DNA of 61,284 bases, the filler included, from Basidioascus undulatus (taxonomy: Eukaryota), in the NCBI GenBank assembly GCA_000826855.1. It is 4 parts of 4 records of this genome, joined end to end, with 100 filler letters (N's around TTAATTAATTAA, not from the genome) between each part and the next. Parts side by side here need not be neighbours in the genome. Positions count along the whole stretch, not along the records: positions 1 to 30,173 come from JTLS01000115.1; 3 more parts are not named here. One strand, 5' to 3'. Made by a program: the position numbers and the translations under genes. Positions 11,711 through 25,693 of this stretch are shown one piece after another. Each line of letters opens with the position of its first letter. Position 1 is the first letter of the stretch. The notes beneath the pieces are model-generated. The model did not search any database, had not been told where the DNA came from, and saw only the letters and a list, made by a program, of their open reading frames with translations.

Positions 11711-14700
11711 ATGTCGGAGGGACACGCTCGGAAGAGCTCCGTATGTATGCTCCTGTTGGGTGTCGGTGAAGCAAGCGGGGCGAGCTGACGGGGGACGTTC
11801 CTGTCTTGTAGGAGCTGCCCTCGCAAGGGGCGCGTATTGTTGAAGCCGGATTACTCTCCACATTTTCGTCCAAGGTCGAGGAGCTGGAAGGCGTAAGTGT
11901 TGAGCGCATAGCGTGGGTAATGGGGTGACATGCTGACTCCCGTGCATTGCAGTATGTCGAGTTCTTCACGGAGCGGTGCGTCCACCCAAATCCACTTTTG
12001 CGATTCTTACGCTAATTCGGCGTCTCCCGTAGGCTCAAAGTTGAACGAGAGTAGTGCGCAAATCACGTTCCTATACCTCCTGTGCTGGGCTCATCGTCGT
12101 ATATCTCTCTCCAGCATTAGAGGCCTCCAGCGCGTACACGATCTTGCGCTAGCGAAAGACGAGAAGCTGAAGGCGTACGCAACGCCCAACCCGCTCTCTG
12201 CTGCTCATCTGACATTGACGCATTCTTAATTATCATCAGTCAAAACCAAAACTCACCGACTTCGGTCCAGGGGGCCTGGCGCGAGATCATGGAGGGCCTT
12301 GAGCGCGAAGCCCAGACGCGCCTGAGTTTCGAGCACGCGCTGGACCAGGACGTCCTGGCGCCGCTGAATAAACTGAAGGTGCTTCTTTCTTCCGAGAGAA
12401 AGACGGGGACCGAGATGGGTGATTGAGGAGTTCATGGACGGGTGCGTTGTCCGACAGGACACACAAGAGCGGACGAGGAAGAGGGTCAAGGAGGACATCA
12501 AGACAAGCACGAACGCGTACGACGGCTTCTCCAAGGAGATGAATCGGTTGAAGAGGAACTACGAGAAGGTGAGCTGGCGTTCGGCACACCGCTTACTGTT
12601 CTGTGACATCGCTGATCCGCACGTAAACAGAAATGCGCGGAAGTCACCGAACACCAGCGTCAAGCGGTCGCGGTCGAAGCGCAGGCGCGTCTTCTGGCCG
12701 GCTCTCCGCACGCGCCGCGACCGCAATCCCCGCAGCTCTGGCAGCCCTCGCCGCTCGTGCCGTACGCGTCCACCGCGTCGGACGTCTCGCGCGCGACATC
12801 ACCCGACTCGGCCGTCTCGTCCGGGAAGGAGATGCTCGCCGCGCTCAAGACCAAGGACTGGTCGGGCGGGAAGCGCCATCTCAACGCGCTGATACAGAAG
12901 ATCGGCGGAACGGACGCGGAGAGGGAGGCGGCGGAGGAGCGCGGAGGAGGCGGGATCAGGCCGAGTGCTGTGCGCGGAGCGAAAGCAAAGAGGGAGGCGG
13001 AGGAGGCGGGTGAGTACTTTTGGACCGGTTACGGATGTGCTGGAGGCACGGTTTGACTTACACGCTCACACGATCTAGACAAACTGTATCGTCAAGCCGT
13101 GTTCGACCTCGAGTCCCGACGGCTGCAGCGAGAACGACTGCAGGGCGCGGCTTTCGTCGTCGGTCCCGTTTTCATTTCCTTCTGGTTTCGTGCCCGCTGA
13201 CATGCTTGCTCCCACAGAGCCTGACCGAGTTCATCGAGGCGCTGTCGACCGAGATGAAAATTCGCCTTTCCAATTACGCGGATCACCAGCTGGCGACCGT
13301 CAAGACGCAAGAAGGGGTACGTTCCACTTGCGTATCCGCTGTTGGATGATAAGACAGGCTGAAACCTACCCTTCCAGCTCGCCAATTACCTGCGCGGCTC
13401 CGTTGACCGCATTTCCCCTGATCACGACCGTGTGTGATATTCATGCACAGTAGTCCTGCAATGGTAATTGACTTCCTGTGACCCCCGCAGTGGCTCGCTT
13501 CAAGGGGAGTCTTCCGAGAGAGCCAGGCAGCTACGGCCTCCCCGAACGCGCGCGCTACATCGACGCCTCCGGCCAGGAGCTCGAGGTCAGTGCCTCACCG
13601 TCGCTGCTCGTGTCTGGACGGCGCTGACTTCCATTTCCTGCGCAGCTGGTGTTTGGCATTCCCCTCCTCGACCTTGCTATGACCTGCAAGACGGGCGAGC
13701 AGCCGCCGCGGATTGTTTGGAAGGCGATTACGGCACTGAATGAGCGTAGTGCGTTCGGACGCAAGACCTCGGTCGACGATTGGCTGGTGGGCTGAATTGA
13801 TCTGAGGGGAATTATCCAGGCCTGCACACAGAGGGGCTGTATCGGATCAGCGCACGACATGCGAGTGTCCTTGAGGTATGCTTCCTTGGTTGTTCGGCAA
13901 GCTTCACGCCATTTACGCTCGTATGCAGATCACCCGCCGAATCGAGAAGAATTACACCACCTTCGAGGTACTCCCCACTGGGTAATCTCGCAGAAACACT
14001 TGCTTATAATCTCCGCACTCAAACCTTCAGTTCGGGCCTCACGACGACCCGCACACGATTGCCAGCGTGCTCAAGGTGAATGCGCTATGTCAACGTTCTA
14101 GTGCTGCTTCATGCTGACCCTTCCTCTTTTGCCCAGCTCTACCTCCGCCAACTTCCCGAACCTCTTTTCCGCTTCTCGCTTGCCGAGCGGATGCAGCATA
14201 CCAACAACCGCGGTTCGTCCTGCGCTGAGTCATAATAGCCGGTTTCGATACACTCGCCCTGACGCTTTTTGGACTTCTGAACTTGCAGAGAAGCACTTTG
14301 CCGATGGCTTCCAGGTCTTGCGCTCCAAGCTGCGTCGCATCCCGCCTGTTGCGCAGAACACGCTCAAGATGGTGGTCGAACATCTGGCAAAGTTCGTCGC
14401 ATCTCCCTTGCGTGCCCGGGTGGTGATCAGCTTTGCTGCGGTTTGCTAACTGCATTACGGGGTGGTCTTGCTGTGTACGTACAGGGTTGCCGAGCTCGAG
14501 AACGTCAACAAGATGAGCGCTGCCAGCCTCGCCATCGTTTTCCAGCCGGTCATCATGGGCGAGCTCTCGCCGGAGGAGGTCAACGGCCCCGACGCACTGG
14601 CGTTGCAGACGGCGGCGGCGAAGGTGCGCTCTTGCTTTTCACCCTCGCCCGCACATTCCCCTCTCACAATAATCGTTGCTGGATGTTTACAGGACAAGAC

Positions 14701-15403
14701 GATGGAGGGTGAGCGGGCATACCGGGACCTGGTCATCACAACGTCTGCTAACAACTGCCTGATCGATCGCTGAGCCAGACCTGATCACCCACCACGGAAT
14801 TATCTTTGAGCGCAGCACATCGCCTCTACGCCGCCACAACACCGTCGCAGGCTTTATGCCGTCTTCCAGCCCTAAGGCAGGCGCCTCCCGTGCGTCTGTC
14901 TCTTCCATCGTCTTTCTTTGGTCAGTCTAAGCAGCCTGTGCCTGTCGTCTGCAGATGCCAAGGTGCGCGACTTCACGCCCGAAGGTCCGCCGAGCGGGAC
15001 CGAACAGTTCCAAGCGCTCAGCCGCCGACCTTCCGCGTCGACTCGTCTTGGGGCGGGAGCGGGAGGACCGCCGCCCGAGCGTCGCCCTCAACGGCAGCGT
15101 AGCGGCTCGGCCGCAGCAGCTCTTGGAGTCTTGGGCGCACCACCGCCGTTTGCGGACACGCTCACGGAAGAACCGACCGAGAGTGGGACGGGGCCACCAC
15201 CTCTGTCTTCGCCTGGTTTGGACCCTGCGATTGGCACGCTCGTGCGGGAGCGGTCGCCTGCCGTCGCCGCCGCGGACCTGTCGGCCGCTCCTGCTGAGGC
15301 AATCGCACCCGCGGCGGGACTGGAGGAGCTTGGCGCGGAGTCTTCCCCTGTCATCGAGCGACGGCCATCAGCGTCCGGAGGCGCGGAGCCTACAACGCAG
15401 TAG
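11711..15403 (+). CDS. F-BAR + RhoGAP domain protein (Rgd1-like), many exons
   Basis: F-BAR-like SVQGAWREIMEGLEREAQTRLSFEHALDQDVLAPL...KRNYEK. RhoGAP VFGIPL, GLHTEGLYRIS, DPHTIASVLKLYLRQLPEPL, NKMSAASLAIVFQP. Low-complexity C-terminal tail. Confidence 0.85.
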
Positions 15404-15638
15404 CTTCACTTTCACTTTCATCCTTCAGTTCTTTCACTTGCGTCTTTCTCTCAATATACCATACCGGCCGCTTTAGTCATGCATCGTTGTATCGCCTGGC
15501 GCAATCATCGCTTAAAAATTGGACGACGAGCGCGAGACGAGCATGCGCAAAATCGTGAAATGCTTCAAAAGTACAACAGCTGTATGCGCAACGGAAGCAA
15601 AGAGTGGGGCATAAAAGCCGGGCAGGATGATCGTGGAG

Positions 15639-18600
15639 TTACAAAGCGAGCGCGGGCTTAACCTCTTCGAGGAAGCTCTTGGTCGTGCGGATTTCAATCT
15701 GAATAGGTAGATTCTTCTTTCAGTGCCAGTGCAGGGATAGCAAGCCGCAGAGTGACGTACGCCTTTGCGCTGTTCGGAAGTTAGCCTGGACTCGGTCCCG
15801 ACGACGATGATGAAGCGTCGGTAACTCTCGCGCAGAGCAGGATGCACCTGATGGCATGGATGAAGCTGGTCAGAACGTACACGCACGACCGCCAAAACGC
15901 CGCCACCTCAGCACTGACCTGCAGCTTGCGCATTTCGTCTAAGAGATGCGCATCCCATTTGGCCGCGTCCTTGTGCGCGAGGAGCTCGTCCTTGTCCTCG
16001 GGAGAGGCGGGGTCTTTGCTGCTCACGGTCTCGAGCATCTTCCCTGCCCAAGAGACTGGCGGAGCGGATAACCGTCCTCAGCATCAGTCTAGTCGTGCTG
16101 GAACAATCAGCCGCTTGAAGACGCACTAGCATCGGGCGAGGTGATGTCCGGCGGGGCGCTGGCTATGAAGACGTCCGAGTCTCGTCGCAACCACATGGAC
16201 TCGAGCTCGTAGTGCGCGTCCCAGTATCTGGAACCAAAGGTCGCGTAAGCACGAATAAGCGATTAGGCCATTCGGCAGGATGCGAGGGGCTGGAGCAACT
16301 TACCGGTTAAGCTCGGCGGAACCCGCGTCGTAAGCCCTGAGAGAGGCCTTGATCTTCGCTCGCGCCGCCCAGAGGATCCCAGGGTGGATGAAGACCTGCC
16401 ATTCAGGCCAGGCGTTACCACGGAAGATGTTGATGATCTGGCGGAATGCCGCCGGCTGTAACACCAGCCCCGGTCATCCCTGGTTCTCCATGGAGATCCG
16501 TTTCCGTGTTACGCACGTCCTCGATGATACCCTTCACGGTAAACGAGATGATGCCCCCTGAAGTGAGACGACATCGGCTGGTGATTCTCAGAGACAGATA
16601 AGAGGAGACGCACCGCGAGGGTAGACATGTCGCGTGTTCCACAGGCTCGGGTGGATCTCGTCGTTCGTCCCGAATAAGAAAAAGTGCACGTCCGGATTTG
16701 CTTTGGTCTCGGCGAGATTCGGCATGTTCTCGATCCTGGTCGCCATAGCGTTGTGCACGAATCGGACGCTCGCCTCGTCGCGGTGGTCCGAGTCAACCTC
16801 CTCGCCGTCGTACATCTTCATCATGCGAACGACCTGCTCCCGCTCCGCGCTGTACCTGTCCACGCACGCGACGTGGAACTTGCGCCCGCGTACGAGCACA
16901 CCGCAGGCCTCGGGGAAGCCGAGAAGCTCGCGCGCGAAGACGCTGTCGTACTTGGTGAGCAGCGCGTTGGGGTCCTGCGGGATGAGGACGGGCGGAGGAG
17001 GAACGGGGTTGGGGCGTCGGAGAGGAACGAGAACGGCATAGAGGTGGTCGCGGTCGGGTGCGTCGGAAGAGGGCGGGGGCGGGAGCTTGAGGGCGTGGGC
17101 GAGGTCGGGGATGTGCGCCGGCGCCAGGAAGAGCGCGTAGGACGCCTTGTTCGACGCGCCGAGTTCGAGATAGACAAGGCCAACCTGCACCGAAGCAAAA
17201 AGGTCGGTTGCGGGCAATCATTGTGGTGTAAGGATACGGCTGACCTTGTCCTTCAGCCTCAGAAGCTTCGACAGCTGCCCGACGCGGTCCTGGTCCGCTG
17301 GTACGGTCGCCGCGTCTGCATCGGCGCACACCAGCCTCGCGCGCTGTAGCATGTTCTCCCATACGTCGCGCATCTCGCGCACGACATACGCAGCGGGAAG
17401 CTCGTACTTCATCCGAAGCTGGGACTTGTCGGACAGCGTGAGCTTGAGGCGAGGCTTGCCCGGCAGCGGCTGTGTCGGCTCGACGAAGTGAACGTTACAG
17501 TGGTGCACGCCTGGACTGCCGACGAGGAGCGCGGCGGTGTGGATGGGTTCTTGCGGAGCTGGACTGGCGGACGTCGAGGCCACGGACGACTCGCGCGAGT
17601 AGGCCACGGCGCTGGCTTTCCAAGGATCGGCGGTTTCTCTGCAAACCCGGGTGACGCGTTAGCTAACTCACAACGGCATGTAAAAGGAGCAGTCTTTTTA
17701 CCCGCTCGGCCCCGCCTGCGCGAACCCAGCGCTCGGCTCAGGCAGCTGCGGTTGAGGACTCATGCTGGAGAATGCTTTCGCGGAAGTATACCGCGGGAAG
17801 GATGGCAAATGCGGCTTGCCGCCCGTGCCGAAGAAGTCGATCGGCTTTCTGCCCTGGGCCGAGGACGCCTGAGGCGTGGGGGCCTTCGAATCGCGCGGAG
17901 ATTCCGCCCTGGCGCTCGTGCTCTTTCGCCCTGTGTCGAGCGTTAGCGACGGACGGCCCTCGCCCGCGACAGCGCGCTGCTTGACCACGTTGGCGCGACT
18001 CAACGTCTCCCAGCCCTCGTCCATCATCTGCACCTTCGGCGCCGTGCGCCCCGGGCGGATGACAGGCCGCCTGCCCTCGACGGATGGCGAGCGCACGGTG
18101 CCCGTCGAGGTAGACGGAGTTCCGGAGCCTTGGCGTGGCGCAGGTGCGGGCGGCGGCGCGGGCGGCTGGAACTCGACTGGCGCAGGTGCGGCTGGCGTAG
18201 CGTGCGGTACGCCAGCGGGCTCGGCAGGAGAGGTGCGTGAGGGGCCAACGGATGTGGTGCGCCCCGTACGCACCCTCTGTGCCAGCGGCACGTCGTCGTC
18301 CTCCGACGACTCCGCATCAGGCTCGAGCTTGACCTCCTTCGCCGCGGGCTTCTTCTTCGCCAGCGGTTCGTCCTCGGACGAGGAGGCGTCGGTCGCCGGT
18401 ACGGCGCGCTTGCGCTTTTTCGTCTGCGTGCCCTTCTTGTCCGGTAGCGACGCCTCCTGCTTGGGCTTCTTGGTCGGCGGCGATGACGGTCCGGCTTCAT
18501 CGGTCGACGCGGCGAAGCAACCATCCTTCCGGCGCAAATGTGGCAACTCAGTATTGTATTGGACACTATCGGCAAGGCCAGATGTAGACTCTACCTTGCG

Positions 18601-19411
18601 CGAACGCTTCTTGGCAGCTTCGGACAACTTCTCGTTGCGTTGCCTGGCCTTCTCGGCCTTGAGGGCCCTTGTTCTCTCCTTTCTCTCTTTCATCATCTGC
18701 TCTGTGAAACGTGCGCATGCTAGACCATTCGTACACAAGCCCCCTTGTTCGTGGCACTTCGGAAAGGACGACGACGCACTTTGGATCTCCGGCCTCGGCT
18801 TGAAGGCCGTCCCCTCGGCTGGCAGATGGCCCAACGGCTCCCCGCCTTCGACCTTCTGCCAAAACGCTTCCACGAGGTCGATACAGTTATCGAGATTCTG
18901 CAGAGGCTCCCAGCTGTGCCGCCAAACCCACGGTGCTCAGTGCGGTGTGGTTTCGGTCGCTCGAGTGCAAAGCGCAACGCACGTGTCCCACTTGTCGTCG
19001 ACGAAGGTCTTCCACTGTGACAGGAGACGTTCATTCGGCATTCAGAGTCGAGTTGAGGCAAGCAAACAAATGTGCCCTAACTTCGATGCGATACCGCTGC
19101 TCAACAAACGAAGACTAGTAAGTCCCCGACGACACAACCACTAAGGGTGGGGCAACGCACCAAATACTTCTTCTTCCTGCTCTCATGGTCGACATTGACC
19201 ACCGCCTCCCAAATCGTCTCTGCTCTCCCCTGCTCTTGAGCATCGCCCCACTCTTTCCGGCCTAGAGGAACAACGCACCGACGTCGAACATGTCGTCGCC
19301 CGCTTCCTCCTCCTCCGCGCCGCTCCCACCCTCGGCATCGCTCTGCGCCGGACAAGGATCAGGCTCGGAATCTTTTGGAGGAAGTTCCGCTGCTTTGATT
19401 TTCGGCGGCAT
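15639..19411 (-). CDS. Large chromodomain-containing protein (possibly Chp1-like)
   Basis: Spliced N-terminal chromodomain DMFDVETIWEA...KKKYL|RYRIE|WKTFVDDKWDTW|EPLQNLDNCIDLVEAFW (includes a 15-nt microexon), a long K/P/S-rich linker, and globular C-terminal region (FFLFG...YPRGGIISFT...WQVFIHPGIL). Confidence 0.75.
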
Positions 19412-19819
19412 GGCGTGAGTTGTTGATGCAAATGGGAGAAGTGGCAGGCAAAGGTGAACGCGAACGGAACGCGATAGGCGCGAGAAGGCCGGCGACCTTC
19501 CGGACCGAGTTGAAATCAACAGAAGCAGCGGCAATTAAGGCTCTTGACTTGCGACTTTTCCATCATTGAGGCTTCTACCCTCATCTGTCCTTTCATAAAC
19601 TTAGGAAATATTTCAGGTTTCGAGATATGGCCATCTGGTTACACACTGTGGGCACTGTGCCGTACCGACTTCCGATGTGGCTTGCCTCTTTGACCACGAC
19701 CGTCACCGCAGAACATCCGTTTCGAAGTTCTTCATGCTCGTCGTTCGCGTCTTCAGCGGAGCCATGGTACTATCTAACATTCCTTCATTTTGTTCTCATA
19801 CTTTACTAACAGTCGCAGA

Positions 19820-21000
19820 AGAATCAGCTTCCGAACGACGTGTGGTCCCGCGTCTTTGAGCTCGCGACCGAAGACATCCCGGATTGCCCTCTGCAAGCAC
19901 CAGCAAAGAAGGAGGTCGATCTTGCGTATATTCGTACCGTGCAGGCCGTCCTTGGCGCAAAATGTGCTCTATCGCTGGTCTCCAAGCGCTTCTACGTAGG
20001 CTCTTCAATCGTACTTCGACTCGACCGAGAGCCTCCTCCGGCACCGGGTACTAACGCTGTTATCCTCGAAGTTTGTCATCGTGCCATTCCTCTTTCGAAC
20101 AATTATATTCGAACGTCGCTCTTCGATCGAGGTATTTCTCGATCTACTCGTTCAACGTCATTCTCGCAACTGTCGTCCGGGCCGCTTCGTGCGCACCCTT
20201 CTGCTCAATCTCGTGCACCCCGACGCGGGCATCAACCTCGACTCCACATCATTCCCCGCCATGATCGGATACGTCAGCAACCTTACATCGTTGCATGCTT
20301 TCACCCACTATCGAAACCCCTCCAGTCGATCTGTTCCGGATATCGGTCCCTCGACGCACCTTACTCTGATCAGGACCTGCCCCAACGTTCACGTCCCTGA
20401 GGGCTGGGCTGATTGGCAATCCCTCGACGAATTTCGACGCTCCTTCAGGACCTTCCTAACTTGCAGCACCTCGGAGTAATCCGGGCTGAGCGAGCCGAAC
20501 CGTCAATACCTCGCGTCGAGCTCCCCCGCGTCGAGCTTCTCTTTTGGGAGGTCTGGCCTCCAGGCACTCTACCTCTCGATGCACTGTATCTACCTTCCTT
20601 GCGCGAGCTCCGCACAAGTGATCGTGAAACCGCCACGGAGATTCTCGCTCAGTGCCTTTCAATCAATGCCTGTAATATTCGTGTCCTTCACATCGATGTG
20701 GATGTTGATTCACTTCCTGACAATTTCTCCGTTCTCTGCCTGTCATTGACCACACTTCGGCTGTCGGGCCCGCACCCGAATTTTACACCACGTTGCTTCC
20801 GCCATCAATTACCACTCTCGATCTTGCTTGCGTCGCCGATGATCCCTCCCTGGCCGAAGTCTTACTAGAATATTTTGTACTGATGGCCCTTAGACGTGTC
20901 ATCCTCCCCTTCATCTTGGACTCGAGATGGTCGAGCAAACAACATCAGGACTCTTGGGCGGTTTACTGTCGTTGCTCGGCAGCTCACTCAACGTGGGGTT
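19820..21000 (+). pseudogene. F-box-like/LRR protein, probably frameshifted
   Basis: NQLPNDVWSRVFELAT...ALSLVSKRF F-box-like start, followed by LRR-like LPNLQHLGV, LPSLRELR, LTTLRLSG in shifting frames. Confidence 0.5.
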
Positions 21001-22002
21001 GAGCTTGTGGATACGAAGGGGCAAACGCTGGTGTCTTTTGTGGACATGGGTAAATGACAATCTGGCATGTGCTATACTTGCACATGAAATTGCTCGCTTT
21101 CTTTTGTGATTTGTGGGTGCATCGTTGTTGCGAGAAGCGGTCCGACCAGCATTGCGTAAATGCGTACCAGGGGGGACGGCCGACTTAGGCCGAACGGCGG
21201 CGCCACGTGTGATTTATGTACCTTTCGTTTGAACGCAGCCTCTTGTTGGTATTCCTTGTTCTGCCGCCTGCAGCATTTGAATGCGGCGCGATGCCCACTT
21301 CACAGGGCGAAGCCTGACAGTTGTGGAGGAAGCGCTTTGTCGCTGCTCCAGGGTCAGCTCGTTAAAATAACCCTCATATAAAAGGAGAAGGTTTTAAGAA
21401 GTACATTTACTCCAAGGGACGCATTGGTATGCAAGAAGTCGCACAGCGAGTTGCGAACGACATGCCTATCCGCGTCACAGGAGATGGAAGATAGTCGACT
21501 CGCAAACGGGCACTCGAAGAATGAACTGGACAAGCCCCCCGGTGTTGATGCGTGCGCGAGAGAGACGAATATGTTACAGAAGAGAGGAAGATACAGGCCC
21601 AAATCCTTCCTAAATAGGTCGGTCGAAATAAGCTAAACGAAGGAGCGAAAAGGACGAAACCCCGTCCACCGAAACCCCTCCACCGCTCTCCCGAAGCCCA
21701 ACCGTCAGACTATCAGACACAGCAGCCAGTCGCATCCCTTGGGGTGAACAGGATGATGGATAGCGATTGTCGCAGGGCTGGATTGCGAGCTTTTTATTGC
21801 TCAAGGTAGATTCGTGCCTTCTAAGCCGAATCAACCTATCCTCATGCTGAATGCGCACTCACTGCTGATTCACCCTCAATCGGTGCTCTCTCACGTGCAG
21901 TATAAGCGGTACAGCGAAAATTTCGTTGCATGCGCTTCCCGAGTGACTTGTAAAAGACCATGGCAAGTTTTGAGGCATTGCATGCCAGCCCCTGAGGGCG
22001 GC

Positions 22003-22919
22003 TCAAACGAAGAGATGAAGACACAACACGACGAGCCATTTGGCAACTATCACCAAATGCATCATTTGTTGGACAGGCAGCGGGGACTTGCCGACCCATT
22101 TCCGACTTTCCACCTCCTCAAGTACCCACTTCGCCAGACTACCCCTGCTCAGGCGAAGCCCATCCTTCCCGTCGCCGGGGTACCCCTCTTGCACGGGCGC
22201 GTCGGCCGGCCCGTCCGTGAGGAACGGAATGCGGAAGAACGTCCATTCGAGCTCGTCGAACGGCTGCGAGGTCGTCAGCTCGCCGAGCCCCGTAATCTCG
22301 GCGTAGGCGGATCCGCCGATGAGCTTGATGAGGCCGATAAGACCTCGCCATTTGAGGGTGGCCTGCGTACGCGCGCGAGAATCGGGTCAGCCGTGATAGC
22401 AAGACATTTCGTAGTAACGAAGCGGCTCACCTTGGCGAGGGGATCTTTGTGCGACGGAGTGCCGAGAACTAAGAGACGCTTGATGCCGTGCTCCTTGAGA
22501 ATCGGAAACAACACCTTCAGGCCGTCGGTGACAGGCTGTCGACCAGATCCGGCCCTTCAGTACGGCGCGAGAAGAATACACAAATACTCACAGTGCCTTG
22601 GTTGTTCGCCACGGGTCCGAGGAGCGCAACGACCACGTTCACGCCGCCCTGCACGGCTTCGCGCAGCTGTGCAGTGTTCGAGAGCTCGCCTTGGACAACG
22701 CGCACGTTGGCATCCGCGACCAGGTCCTCGGGAAGCTTTGGATGGGTTTCGCGCATAGAGAGTGAGCTTATGATAAGCTTTCAGTGCCTCCCGAGCGAAG
22801 AGCTGCCGACGGCGCCTGAGAAGGGGCAGGGGAGCGTTCCAGCGTCAGTACTCTGTTCGGACAGACGAGATGTCGAGGGACGAACCGGTCGCCCCAAGGA
22901 GGAGGATATGCGAAGACAT
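22003..22919 (-). pseudogene. NAD(P)-binding atypical SDR (flavin reductase/BVR-B-like), frameshifted
   Basis: MSSHILLLGATG; LTLYARNPSK; VRVVQGELSN; VVALLGP; IKRLLVLGTPS; LEWTFFRIPFLTDGP; LSRGSLAKWVL. Exon 2 needs indels (near 22805 and 22740) to keep the frame. Confidence 0.75.
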
Positions 22920-23660
22920 GATGCAGCAGGACTTATGAAATACAAATCAACAGCACGGGAGAGAGAGGAAGAGGGATAAGGAGTGTGTGGGTGTCAAGAG
23001 TGTTGAATATCGTGGACCAAACCGGAAGCTAATCCTTATACCTATGGCACCATTGCATTAGGCGTTACGGCGGCCGACTGCTGGACGCCGCGCTCGAAGC
23101 GTGTTGAGGGTTTGTTGTGCATCAACTTTGCAGGATAGAAGAAACAGAAAGGTCGTCAGCAAGGCGTCCGTCTGCGAGTCGCGAGCTTTCGTACAGAGCG
23201 TCGTATCACCAAGCGGTCTGTCAGCCTCATCACCCAACCAGCCGCCAACAAGCCTTAATGGTGCCCGCCCTTCAGATGACTGAGACCAGTAGAACAGACT
23301 GCCAAGATGGTGTGTATATAGGGGAACATTGGGCATTCAGCGTTGCCGAGAAGAAATCGGTGTCGGTTGCCCTGGGCCACAACATCTGTCTGTCTAGTGG
23401 ACGACAGGGCTCCTCTTCTTCGTTCAACCTCCACTATCCGGGTTAACACTGTTTTTTAATCCTTTAGTAAACTGGCGTATTCTTTCCTAGCGCAGAAAAT
23501 TTAGCCTTGGGGCCATGAATCGATCACGCGGCTGTTTGGCGTTTCTTGTCCTGCTCAGGGCCTTCTTCACCTCTTCCTTGCGATAATCACCCACCTTCCT
23601 TCTAGTCTCCCCCTACACTCTAACCACGGGCTCCTCCATACCTCCACGGGCGACTACCCC

Positions 23661-25095
23661 ATGTCGCTCATCGACCTTCTTCCAGCCGAGCTCGTCCGCT
23701 ATATCGGGTTGTCAATCGTCGCATTCGAGGACCTCGTGTCGCTCTCGACCTGCTCTCGTCGCCTTCGGGCCATTCTCCTGCACGAGATATTCGCGACGCG
23801 CTGGCTGGCCTTCACGCGGTTCCGAAACGTCGAGGGGAGCAGGACATCCGAGATCGAACCGCTTCACCGTATGGTGCTCAGCCGCAACACAGCGCTTCGG
23901 GAATACATCCGGCAAGTCCAAACGCGACTGTCCCTTGCGCGCCCGTGCTTCTATCCCCTCACTGAACTTGAAGTACGCTCACAGTTATGCTTCGTTCAAA
24001 CCTCTTAAAGCCCTCGTGGGCCAACTCATCGAGGCTTCAGCACACTTCCAGCATCTCCCTAATCTGCGGGGCATCGACATCGAGCTCTACTTGGATTCTA
24101 CAGCGCGCTACCACCCCATCCACCGACTTCCACGCTCATTACTCAGCGTACGAGACCTATCCGAAATACGCCTCTTCTGGTCAAGCCCCGGCGAAAGCCG
24201 CGAGCTCGCCGTGCTCGACATCCTCACGCTTCTCGCCAACTCGAGCGACACTCTCGAGCGCCTCACGCTGCTCTCGCCCAACCTCCAAGCGCCACACCAA
24301 GGCCCAGCTATGCGTCTCCCGCATCTCGAAGTCCTCTCGAACGCCCTGATCACCATGCTCCGCCTGTCCCGCCTCGAGCTGCACCTTCTCAGCGCCGTGC
24401 CGCTCTTTCGGCGCGTGCCCGCGGACCGTTTGCCGCCGGCCCGCCTCTTCAGTGAGCTGGAGGAACTCAACTTTCGATCGGAGCTCGTCGAGGCCGAGGG
24501 GATCTTCCAGCGGTGCCCGAATCTCGTGCGCCTCAGACTCGAGGACCCGGTTACGCTCGAAGCCTTGCAGCTCTTCATAGAGGACCTTCGCGGTGCTCCA
24601 CTGCTCGAGCTCGATATCTGCCCACCGGATATCAATGCGGCACTGATGAGCGATCTTGTGCGCTGCTTTCCGCGACTCGAGAAACTCTCGATCGTGCAGA
24701 TGAGCGCTATCCCCGTGGAGACGTTGAGCGTGCGTGCTCATGCGTTCCGTGTACAACCCACAGCCACTTACATTTACTGACGCCCGGTATCTTCAAAGGA
24801 AGACCTGCTCGATCAGCTCTCTCGTCTGCCCTTACGGTCCCTCAACTTCTTCGTGGAACTCTCCGACCTCTTCGACGAGCCGCTCGCCCTGCGCCACGAG
24901 CGGTGTCGCGAGATGATCAGCGATTTGGCCGAAGCTGTCCCCACACTTCAGCGCGTCAGCTGGGACGGCCAGCACGACAAGTACGAGCTTGAGGTGCCGG
25001 AATGCGAGATTGTCAGGCTCGCGGATGGCACAGTGGAAGTGTGGGAGGGCGGACGGTACTTCGCATCTATCATTATCCGGATGCCGAGCCGTTGA
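23661..25095 (+). CDS. F-box/LRR protein (3 exons)
   Basis: LIDLLPAELVRYI...LVSLSTCSRRLR F-box; LRR-like HLPNLRGIDI, CPNLVRLRL, CFPRLEKLSI. GC-AG first intron at 23912. Confidence 0.75.
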
Positions 25096-25693
25096 CTGAC
25101 ATTCAGGGATAGGGAGGATGGTAAAATTATACATACGTTCCGGAAAGGATCCGGCGGGTTGGAAGTCCTGCGGCATGACGATGCATGATCGCCGTTTTAA
25201 TACCTTGGATGTATCGGGTGTGTAGTGCTCGCTTTCTGTGCCTTGCCTCGCTGCCTCGCTCGCGTCTGGTCTACTTGGAATGGGCGAGTACGAGCGCGCC
25301 GTAGCCTAAATCGCTTTCAATTTCAGACCAAGTTATTGCTGGGCGCTTCTAATCCTCGCCACTGGCTGTGATCTGGGAAGGACGTGATAGCAAAAGTTGG
25401 AACATAATATGCATAAATTGGCCAACCTAGGTACTTGTTTATAAACTCTCATGCACGGAAAGCAAATGCGCCATCTGCGAAGCCAGCCATCTTCACATGC
25501 CAGTACGCTTTACAAGCGCTCCATGATCACTCCAGCAATACCACTCACTAATGATTCTCACAACCTTTTCCTGTCCTTAGCCCTCCTTATTTTCCAACTC
25601 CCAACGCAAGCAATCGCACGGTCGAACCCACGGACGAACCATCAACCCTTGAATAGTACGCAGGCCATGGCAACAGCATCTTCGCATCCCCGT

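Noticed and set aside
17876..19144. 422-aa plus-strand ORF
   Set aside because: Antisense shadow of the GC-rich chromodomain gene exon.
21814..22758. 314-aa plus-strand ORF
   Set aside because: Antisense to the SDR pseudogene; no independent coding signal.
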